The notes under the pieces are model-generated. The model saw nothing but the letters and a program-made list of their open reading frames with translations. It was not told the DNA's origin and did no database searches. DNA of 54,491 nucleotides, the filler included, from Jimgerdemannia flammicorona (Eukaryota): NCBI GenBank assembly GCA_003990765.1. It is 2 parts of 2 records of this genome, joined end to end, with 100 filler letters (N's around TTAATTAATTAA, not from the genome) between each part and the next. Parts side by side here need not be neighbours in the genome. Positions count along the whole stretch, not along the records: positions 27,303 to 54,491 come from RBNJ01000653.1; 1 more part is not named here. One strand, 5' to 3'. Positions 44,439-54,491 of this stretch are shown one piece after another (position 1 is the first letter of the stretch; each line of letters begins with the position of its first letter). Position numbers and translations under genes: made by a program.

Positions 44439-46469
44439 TCATACAAATCACTGCCATCACATCCAACCTTTATCGGCCATCCATGTAGAACTCTTCACCA
44501 CGAGCGCCCACATAGGACCTGCTTTTGCGCCGAGTCCCAAGATTGTGAGGCAGTGAAGTTTCCACGACCATGGTTTGGTACGCCCCATGACGCAGAATCC
44601 TAAGACCACAACGACCCGAGTCCTACGACTGCGGTAGTGCAGGATTTGAAGACCATGGTTGGCTCACTTGCCCCCATGACGCAGAATCCTAAGATCACAA
44701 AGACCCGGATAGGACACGCGCTCTAATGCCGAGTCTCAAGATTGCGGGTAGTGTAGGATTTGAAGACCATGGGCAGGCTATCTATCCTTACTCGGGCAGG
44801 GCCCTAGACCACGGACAAATCGCATTAACATAATGCAGGTCCTAATGACCACGCTCCGTGTAGGCCCTACGACCACGATGTAAGCTCATCTAATTTCTTT
44901 GGGCCGGGTTCTTCGAACTGACCGATGCAACGCATTCGAGACAGAACTTTCCTCATGCACGCATTCGCCCAATACACAAACATATATTCATCCAATTTAT
45001 TATTCACGAAGGGACGGGAGGGTTGGGTTCGGAATAGTAAGACGGGGATTTAACAGGTATACACCGTCTATCCCTGATAGTTCCTAATTCGGATCACTCG
45101 TCATAAAAGGTAGAGCGATTACCATTGCCCACTTGGAGATAGAATATTTCATTATAGAATCGAACTTGGCGGCAAAACCACTAACCATATTTTCACCGAA
45201 GGAATCATTCCTTGACCCGCAATTGCAATCGAGCCCATCCGTGATTACCTGAAATTTTCAAATCGTATCTTGTTGTCTGTCTATATTCCATTTGTTGACG
45301 AATCGGAAATAATTTAAAATAAATGATGAAATAGGGAGACCAATAATCCCATCGTTTGGCCCCGAAATTACAAACATTCATATAGCCATGTCTGTATTGG
45401 GCTACCACGACGGCCACACTGAGGTCGTGAGGATGCTTAACTCGTTTCCCATTGACATTTCGCAAGTACGATATTCAACTATAACTCGTAGTTGTTAGGG
45501 TAATTAAGAAAATAATTAGATACACAATGTAAATTCAATCAACCGAGAAGCTTATTTTCAGTTGTAAATGTTTTGGCCGAAATTAAAATTTTACAGACAA
45601 TAAATATCTTTATAACATGATTATGATATTCTGGCTCTATGTTATTATTGATTCAAACTTTAGCTGCAATTTTTATATCACAGATGAAGATATTGAGAGT
45701 TCGAGCAAAAATCGTCGTTTTGCCAACAATCGTCGCTCTGCCAACAATCGTAATACAGCAATCGTCGTTTTAGGATTTGTAAACGAAGAACTATTTTTAT
45801 TAATTCCATCCCACCCAGCTTTACATCGCATCCACCCATCTTAGAACAAATTCACCGTTTGACCAATAAATGACCTCCCTCGATCTGTTGGTTATATGTC
45901 AACATTTCCCACACCCTCCCACTGCTCACTATTCGGCGCCTTGTTTTGCACCTTGCATACACCTTTTCACCATTTGTTTATTTTCAAAGTTGTGTGCTCC
46001 TCCTTCCCTCTCTTACCTATCATGGCGATGTGTTCAGAATCGTGGGCCATTGGTGATGCTAAGGACGTGCGACAGTCCATTGGAAACCAACAAGATACAT
46101 ATTTAAACCAAAATTTTCTATGTTGCAGGATTCCCTTGGATGGATGAAGGAAAAAAGTCCGTGAGTCGAAATAGTAACGTCTAGCGTTACTTCAGACATG
46201 ACAATGTGAGAGTTCCTTTAAAGGGACTCTGGAGCCAAAGACAACCGGGATTGACTGTGACTTTTCTTTTTTTTTTTTATTCACCGCAAATAAATCTGCG
46301 CTGTATAGCCACTCCAATCTGAAATGCGGAGTGCAAGCAACTGATACATTATAATTGACGTGGAAGAAATACAACATCTTTTGTGAGAGCGAGGTACACA
46401 AACGTAATTCTCTGAAACACCTTTATTGAATGTGAAATATAAAAATAACCATTGTCTCCGTATTTATTA

Positions 46470-46935
46470 CAATAATAATAATAATAATAATAATAGACCA
46501 TCCTCTCACCCAAGCAACATCTTAGTAAAATCTCAACGGTTACACAGTCATTCCCTACCGAACTCTCTTCTGTGACATTTCCATTCCTACCCCGTGGCCG
46601 CCCAACTCTTACCTTGCCGCGCACCTGACCTTGTTCGTGAAAATGGCTCTGTCCTTGATTTATGTTAGTGGCAATTGCATGCTTGCATCGGCGGTGGGTT
46701 TCCTCCCATCGTGCTGTTGAATCTGTACTAGCGCCCACAACCCCATGCCAAACCTGGACACGACAGTAGGCGCACACCTTGCTCATTTCCTCCTAGCTCT
46801 GTCGACCACGCACTGCCTGCCTCAGCCAACTGTGGGGTAATTCACTAGGATGTCTTCTATTATAGCACCCGAGTTGGGTTTGTAGTACTGGTCGTGGTTC
46901 GAGCAGAGGCGGTGTTGTTTGAGATGGCGTTAGCA
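46470..46935 (-). mobile_element. Possible 5'-truncated LINE 3' end with (TAT)n tail
   Basis: Minus strand HRLCSNH...IEDILVNYP resembles an eroded C-terminal CCHC motif and ends in a (TAT)n microsatellite at 46470-46495. Confidence 0.35.
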
Positions 46936-47029
46936 TTTTTTTTTTCTTTTTTTTTTGGGGGGGGGGGGTATGGGGGAATTTAGAGAATCTCTAATTTCCT
47001 TTGTCGATATCATAAATGATGCCCAACTG

Positions 47030-47805
47030 GCTCAATCCACTTTATAAGTTATTTTCATCATTCTCCTTAACCTTATGATAGCAATTGTTTTGCATATGTC
47101 CATACTTGCTGTAGTAATGGTAGTTTCTATTGAATTTTTCACATTTTTGACCTTGTTAGTACTTCTTGCCTCATCTGCATGATCTGTAGAATGTTTTCTC
47201 ATTATTCTTATTGCCACATTTCCTTGATGCATCTTTTTTTTGATGAGGCTTATTGTTATATAGATGTAGTTTACAGTTTTCTGCTCTTATACATAGCTAC
47301 CACTATGATATTATATGCCTTAAGGGGCCTTATATTAGTGCTAGAATTTTGTCTTTATTACTAATGCACTCTGCTGGTATATTTAGAAAATTCACCTGAT
47401 TCATCAGATTATTGACATGATCAGCATATTCAGATACTCTCCTTGGGTTGCATTTATAGATAAAATAGATAAGATTTAGATAGAATCAATTTAATAAGAA
47501 TACTTATATATGATGATTGCATAGAGTCCTCCATATATATACATATTATGGACTATTATAATATATACTATAAGCTTGATTTACTAGTTCAATAATATAA
47601 AGGCAATCTCTTATAATACTTATTAATCATTTGCAGTATTATAATCTTGAATCTATTTCTATAGTTTTATATATTCTACTAAGCTTTATTCTTTTAGAAG
47701 ATTGCTCATATAGAATATTTAAATAGTATAATCCTTACTATTAAAGATAGAAATCAACCTCTTAGCTATGTTTATGTTTGCTGTAGAAATTATAATAGTT
47801 ATCAA
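47030..47805 (-). pseudogene. gag: Ty1/Copia gag remnant
   Basis: LMNQVNFLNIPAECISNKDKILAL... and NYHYYSKYGHMQNNCYHK (eroded CCHC knuckle). Paralogous to 52575-53430. Confidence 0.7.
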
Positions 47806-47812
47806 TGTCTAG

Positions 47813-48463
47813 CTATAATATCTAACCAGTATATAAAAGTTAAAACCCTTCAATGTAAAAGAAGATAACCTGCATTTAAAATATATAACCCCCTGATGTG
47901 AAAGAAGAAAACTCATAAATGTAATTATTGTTTTCAGTAAATATATTTAGGAGAAATACACAGTGAAAAGAAAACTGGCCCCATTACTATATATATATGA
48001 GCAGGGAGAGGGGGTGGTAAATGAAAGTAAGAGTGAATATATATGCAGTAAATATATATATAGTATAGAGAGTAGTATATTGAGCTAAGAATAATGAATA
48101 AAATACTTAATACTATAGATTACTTAAATAGAAATATATACCTACAATGCAAATTAAAATATTATATTATATATTCTGCCACTATTATAAAATAGAAATA
48201 CAGATAAGGTATATATATCAAAGATATTAATGCCAAAGACATTTCTATAATCACTGACCTGTAGTCTCAACTGAGTCCACTCATTCAAGTTTAACTATAA
48301 TGTCCAATCAGTATATAAAAGTTAAAACACTCTAATGTAAAAGAAGATAATTTACATATAAAAGATGTAACTCTCTAATGAGAAAGAAGAAAACTCATAA
48401 ATATAATTATTGTTTTCAGTAAATATATTTGAGAGAAACACATAGTGAAAAAAAAACTAGTCC
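47813..48463. repeat. Split direct repeats (~169 bp at 47813-47981 and 48295-48463)
   Basis: Two aligned copies about 310 bp apart, downstream of the YR gene. This matches the B1-A2-B2 3' end of Ngaro elements. Confidence 0.85.
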
Positions 48464-51400
48464 AAATAAAGTATTGTGTAATGTGAAGAAGAGGATGAAT
48501 GAATGTTGCCAGAGAAAAAAAGAAGAGAGAGAAACTAAAGAGATATCCAAAAAACAGAAATATTGAAAGTAGAAGAGAGAGAGAAAGATAAGTAGTGGTA
48601 CAAGTAATGCAAGAGAATGGAGCAGAGAGCTGTGCACAGCACAGAGCCATAGGGCTGGTAGCATATAGAATGAAGAGACTATTATCTACTAGCTATAAGT
48701 GACCAGAATATTAATAGAGATTATTGGTTATTGAGAGAGATATGTAAAGCTTAATGATTTGAGAGATGGGCATATATATATACTCTTTAAAAGTCCTGCT
48801 AGACTATTGTCCAAGTATTTGTATTTCATAGTCTGAGATACCTGCCATGGCAGCATCAGATATAGTACTAATTTGAAAGCTGTGACCAGTGAAGAGAGTT
48901 AAGATAAGACTGATTTGAGGTAGTAGAAATTGAAAATACTAAATAAGATAGAATTAAGAGAAGAGATGGTATGCTGAACATGTAAATAGATAGATTCCAG
49001 GTAGTGCAGAAAATGTAAGAAATAATAAGTATAAGAGTGAGATGACACATAGAATATTGGAGGTTATTCAGCGAATAAACAGAGAGCAACTCTGTCAAAA
49101 GGGGTCTGTTTTAGACACTGATAGGATGAAGATAATATATATAGAGTCCATGATATATATGAGGATAGAAGATGATATAACATTGAAATATATGGTGAAA
49201 TATATTGAAAGAGAGATCTTACATAATTTTGCCAAACAGTAAAAAGCCAATATATATAAGAAACATTACTATGGTAAGGTTGAGATCATTGAAATTAGGC
49301 AAGTATAGGAGAGTGAAGAGGCAGTATAGAATATTAATTATAATCAGTAACTGAGGGCAAGATGGGTGCAGCCAAAGCTAGTATTTTATACTATATATTA
49401 CATAAGAGAGCTATTGAAGACTGATGAATGAGTCAGCAAAGCTAGAGTCAATGTAGAGAGATTGAACAGCTGAGAGATACTTTTTGGTAATAGGTGGTTA
49501 CAAACAATATTGTATGAGAGAGCATATCTAGTATATTAATACTAGCTCAGATATGATGAGAGCATTGTGGAGATCAGTATAATCAGATCTATGATGACCA
49601 CAATAGAGAGTATAGAACTGAAGGAAACTATATTGTTCTGATTAATATGAGTGATGTATTAATTTTACCAGACCAAATTATAGAAATAAGGCAATGATAG
49701 ATAGAAGTATGATATGTAAATAGTACTAATCTATCTCATAAGCATCTGTATATATGGGGTAAGGTAGTGATAATGAGGTAGGTTAGAGTGGGATAGAGTA
49801 TTGGCAATACTATTATCAGCTATAGAGATATATGTAGTAAAGAGTTGAAATGTATAAGATACCTTAAGGAAGTGAAGCTAGTATAGTAGCTCAAGAAGAA
49901 GAGAATTCTGAGAGGTTCTAGAATTGATAATAGCAATGATAGCTTAGTTGTCCATATGAAACTAGATTCAACAGAATAATCAGCAATAGTCCTAAGTTGT
50001 AACAATAGCAATGTCTATATATAGCTCCTTAAATTAAATATTATATAGAAGGAGATCAGAGAGCCAGAGGGCAGAGAACCAGGAGTCCTTGTAATATACT
50101 CTAAAGCCAAAATTGCTGCTGATATTGGTCCAGAGCTAGAAATCAGAAGAGCAAGACCAGTCAACTGAATAGATGATAGAGATACATACTATTCCATTAT
50201 AGAGAAACTTGAGCCACTATAATATATTAGTATAAAAGTTATCTATGAGTGAGATATAAAAAGCAGATATGCTAGTAATTAGATCAATAAATTGGCAAAG
50301 GAATGGGTAGCTGGGAGGGACAATCTTAGTTATGAACATTAATAGATTGATTAGAGATTGAAGTTGTGGTCTCATATATTGAGCATGTTGACCATTAGTG
50401 TAGGTATTCTATAATCATATTGATCTTTCTGATGAGAAGGTAAGCTTCTATAGCAGCCAAATCAAATTTGATACCTAGGAAGACTAGAGATATAGTAGGC
50501 CCCTCCATCTTGGAGTCCTATATTGACTAACTGAGATTACAGCTAAGTAATGGGAATAATTATAGCTCTTGGTTGGTAATCTTTAGTATAGAGGTAGGAA
50601 ATCATCAATATAGTAAATAAGAGATCAAAGACCCTACTAAAGAGCCATCTATGTGAGGAGTTCTGTGAAAAAATTGAAGAGAAAAGGCAAGGAAGAGACA
50701 GTGAAAAGAGTGAATCAGTTAAAATAGAACTGCTCCACCTTTTCAAACCCAAGTAGCTCCTAGTTAGTAGGGTGAATGAGAATATAGTAATATATATTAG
50801 TCAGGTTGATCTTCAATAAAAGGCACCCATGGTCAAGCTGATGAACTAGGTCTAGCACATTATCAAAATGAATATATGATAGCTGAAACATATTATGGTC
50901 AATGCCAGCATTCACTGATCCACTCTTGTGAGATCAGGAGAGGTCATGAATATGATACTAGGTAGTGCTGAAGTTCTTTTTTACAATAGTGCCTAGAGGG
51001 GAAGATTGGAAATTCAGAAAATATGGAGAGAAGAATGGGCTACAGATATGTCCTACTAATACTTCCCATTCAATGTCCTGAGCAATAGCATCAGAGTGGA
51101 CTAAGGTAGAGTGATAGTTATAGGCAAGGAGGCAACATCTGGGGTCATCAAAACTGAGTAGAATACCAAATTAAATAGTATCAATAGTAGCTTGAAATAT
51201 GGACTGATTAGGGTAGGATTACAGTTTGTATATCTATATAGTAGTGAATAATGAAATAGACTGTAGTGGAAAATGATATAAGATAACTAGAGTGACATCA
51301 TCAGAAGGTAATATGATTGGACATCAGAGATGAAAGTTTGGAGCAGGAGGAGGGGTGAAGGGAAACTCAACAGAGACAAGTTCCTAGGGATGAAGTGGGT

Positions 51401-52570
51401 TATAATAGCAGTATAGCCATGAATGGTCTTTACTACAATGGGTGCAGATGTGGATATAGATATAGCTCTTCTGTCAACAGCTAAGATCTCTGGCAGGAGA
51501 ACTATTAAATATGATACAGTCATATGTACAGTATGTAGACCTACTAGATATACCTTCAGAAGTCTGTAGGGTAGAGAACTTTACCAAGCAAGAGGGGCAA
51601 AGAGAGTTGCAGACTTTCCTGAGGGGTTTAGAAGTAGCAATAGGTACATATATGGGGTTATTGGTGTAGACTCAGAACTATGAACAGTTCAGAGTCATAA
51701 TGTATCCAGAGGTGGTACTATACCAGAGAGATGCTGTTGCTCACTATTTCAGTAATCTACTTAGTGTAAAAGGAGATATAATAGTTGAAAAGTACAGATC
51801 ACAAAGATGATATAAATAGTAAGATAAAGTCAGCAGTATAGGTGAATAATGGAGTAGATTCAGTAAGCCCAGAATATATATTATAAGAATGCTGAAGTAG
51901 GTAAGAAGGACTATAAGGAATGTCAGAATATTAGATAGATCTTTAAAGATAGTTAGAGGTTTCTGCAGAATGACCTTTGAGACTGAATTATTGACAATTT
52001 CAATAAATTGGGCCTTGGGGGGAGTCCCAGAGAATGAGATGTTGTACTTAAGAAGACAACTGAGAAAAATGGCAGTGAAGAAGTTATTGATGATTGCAGC
52101 TAATAAGTATTAGTAGATATGAGTATATTTAAGTAAAAGATTCATGCTGCAAACTGTGGTATATGGGATAGTGGTGGGAGAGATATGAAGGATGGAAAGG
52201 AACTTACCCTGAGAGTTGCCTGATAGGCTAAAACTGCTTATAAGGGTTGAGGTGGAGATAGCTATCAAAGAGATGAGTATGGTCACAATGGTAGCAGTCA
52301 ATGAGGTAGTAGTATAGTTGATGATAGCTTGATTAATAGCTGGAGTAGGAATGCCAGAGGGCCATGGAGTGACTTAGATGGAAGTGATATGAGGCTATTG
52401 CTAGAAGGATGAGACTGAAGTAAATAGAGAAGTTCATCAAAATGGTAGTCCTGAGTGATAACTCATTCTCAAAGACAAGTCACACTAGTCTTGACAGAGA
52501 GGTCTATAGAGAATAGTATACTGATAGACATAGACTATAATGGTGGGAGGGGTAGTAGTATATGTAGTAC
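47813..52570 (-). mobile_element. Tyrosine-recombinase retrotransposon (Ngaro-like), copy G, strongly mutated
   Basis: YR GHSFQISTISDAAMAGISDYEIQILGQ*SSRTFKEYI (~48775-48890) and KTDPF (~49110). RT FQSSPLGTIVKK..IHDLS..GSVNAGID (~50890-51030). Split direct repeats at the 3' end. Confidence 0.85.
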
Positions 52571-52574
52571 TCTA

Positions 52575-53700
52575 GTTTTTATCAATTTTAGCAGATTTTA
52601 CATTATATTTTCTTTTGCTATTATATTTCTTTCCACTGCTTCTATATTGCCAATACTGGCTTCTATACTTATTTTCATCATTCTCTTTATCTTTATAATA
52701 GCAGTTGTTTTATATATATCTATACTTATGATAGTTTCTATTAAATTTTATATATTTTTGACCTTATTGATACTTCTTACATATCTCATCTATAACCTAT
52801 AGAATACTTTTTCATTATTATTATTACTACCATTTCCTTAATATATCTCTTCATTAATAAGACTCATTATTATATAGGTATAGTCCATGAGTTTCCTATA
52901 CTCATATATAACTATCACTATGAAATTATATATCTCAGAGAGGTCTCTAATAAGGGTCAAAATCTTTCTTCATTATTGATATACTCTGCTGATATATATA
53001 CTTAAAGAATTCACCTAATTTACCAGATCATCAATGTGATCAGCATATTTATAAATACTCTTCTTAGGTTTTATTTATAGATTAAATAGCTGAGATTTTA
53101 GATAAAATTAATTTGATGAGAATACTTATGTACATATAATGATTGTATAGAGTTTCTCATATATTGTGGGCTACTATAGTATATATTATAAACTTTATTT
53201 ACTGGTTTGATAATATAAATATAATCTCTCATAATACTTAGCAATTATTTGTAGTATTGTAATCTTGAATCTATGTCTGTAGTTGATATACTCTGCTAGC
53301 TATATTCTTTTAGGAGATTGTTTATATAGAATACCTATGGTATAGTCCTTACTATCAAAGATAAGAATTGACCTCTTAGCTGTGATTATATTTATCATGA
53401 GAACTGTTACCATTATACTCATTCTGGTATCCATACCTTCTATATTTAGTATATTTATAGTTTATCTATACTAGTATTTTAATATAGAGTAGTATATAGT
53501 CTTAGAGAGGTATTTCTTATTAGCCACTAAGTGGGACTCATAATCTTTATTGTATCTTAGTTGGAATATAAAGTGAGAGAAGAAAGAAATATTATTTATA
53601 AGTTCAGATAGTACATATTTATATATCAAGTAATATAACTTAAAAATGATATAGTTATAATCTATATTATTAAGATATCAAAATAATAGAAATTTCAATA
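52575..53700 (-). mobile_element. gag: Ty1/Copia remnant: short 5' LTR (53548-53700), PBS (~53533-53545), gag
   Basis: Minus strand caata-aa-GATTATGAGTCCC is an eroded CAACA plus GGTTATGAGCCC. gag is colinear with 47030-47805. Confidence 0.7.
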
Positions 53701-54491
53701 TTAAAGAAGGAGAAACAATAAACCCTAGATATATAGATGAAATCAAGATCAACTTGAAGAATAGTAGTATAAAATAGATTTGAATTTATAGAGTAGTGAA
53801 TATTTCCCAAGTAGTCTTTATAAAGATCAAGATACTCTAACTTCAGAAAGCCTCTGAACCAATCTAAGGTATAAGACAGACTGAAGGATTTAGAAGTTCA
53901 GATAAGAAGAAAGTATATCTTCTCCAAGTCAACTACTTCAAAAATAATATACCTCAATAAATGTAATATCAGCTAGTTAAACTTCTCTAGAACCTTAATC
54001 TGGAATCAGAAGAGCACATCATCTTTGAAATCTTTGTACCATCAGACTCCAGAAATCTCTTCTTCAAGCTAAATAAAGAGCTCAGGAATCTTGATATAGG
54101 AGAGTACACATTTTTAGACAAAATGAACCCTGTATATTATTGAGCATTTAACTTAAGCTAAGACAATCTAATCCTACTAAATAGAACTATTATAGGCTAT
54201 CTGATACTTTATCTCAATTAAATATATATGTAGAGAAGTCTATAAATTGAATTTATCAGAAAATAGCAAAAGGTCTCAGAAGAAAGAAAAGACCTCTCTG
54301 TAATTTAGGAGAAAGTGAAGCCTTCTATTAATATTGGAGAAGAATTAATTCCTCAGTAATAGTAGCAACTAGTAGAACTTCTTGATAAATATCAGGATAT
54401 CTTTACTATAGACTATGATAACCTGACATATAATTCATCATACTATTAGGAAAAGGCAACACTCATCCAGTAGAAGTCTTATAGAATACCC
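53701..54491 (+). pseudogene. Decayed Gypsy pol segment just upstream of RT
   Basis: ELLDKYQDIFTIDYDNL...HHTI..NTHPV at ~54370-54480 resembles the pre-RT linker of Ty3/Gypsy pol. Runs off the window. Confidence 0.5.

Larger units (their letters stand above)
40652..45055 (+). mobile_element. Tyrosine-recombinase retrotransposon (DIRS/Ngaro group), copy F, internally deleted and rearranged
   Basis: gag-like region with WEALLNYHLEF and a C..FN...C...CPYRH..RC zinc finger. RT FRASPLGTVAKK..IHHLSWPHGMSVN..FKVDLANAFRHI. YR TDPF.KG..AGHSFRI.AASDAAEAG...ILGRWHSDAYQLYI. Ends approximate. Confidence 0.88.
40380..45105 (-). mobile_element. Solo LTR of Gypsy family 2 (40380-~40651 plus ~45056-45105), split by a YR retrotransposon
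   Basis: TGTAACGTAGCGGACG...ctgaggtttattcact...ctaactataatgctatacta matches the reverse complement of LTR C. The remainder resumes near 45056 and ends TCGTCATA. AAAG flanks both sides (40376-40379, 45106-45109). Confidence 0.75.

Noticed and set aside
43630..47410. Hammerhead ribozyme cores (CTGATGA at 43630 plus and ~47401-47407 minus)
   Set aside because: No correctly placed GAAA or closing stems. Both lie in decayed coding sequence, and the paralogous Copia copy lacks the motif.
52455..52802. Hydrophobic 'membrane protein' ORFs in AT-rich zones (also 7146-7400, 48375-48664)
   Set aside because: By-products of C>T-eroded TE sequence read on the non-coding strand.

Overview
Eukaryotic, almost certainly fungal DNA; the exact lineage cannot be read from the sequence. 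The window is a nested transposon graveyard split by an artificial 100-bp contig linker at 27203-27302. It holds two L1/Tx1-type LINEs and two copies of a chromodomain Ty3/Gypsy element carrying dUTPase between gag and protease (one full-length, with LTRs, tRNA-iMet PBS and GATAT TSD). A second Gypsy-like family has two copies plus an interrupted solo LTR. There are also three Ty1/Copia gag remnants with very short LTRs, an intron-containing hAT transposon, two foldback/MITE elements and two tyrosine-recombinase (DIRS/Ngaro) retrotransposons. Older copies show heavy C>T/G>A (CpG and CpA to TpA) erosion resembling RIP. The only clear host gene is a 144-aa secreted His/Ser/Pro-rich repeat protein (39140-39574). 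Best leads: (1) the second Gypsy family has an operon-like layout, PR-dUTPase-RT-RNaseH // separate integrase ORF // extra 153-aa ORF, joined by overlapping start/stop codons and seen in two independent copies; (2) two long hairpins sharing one GATA/E-box core lie between the hAT transposase and a divergent second ORF; (3) the His-rich secreted protein is a candidate effector or metal binder. All family assignments come from motif reading by eye, not database searches.
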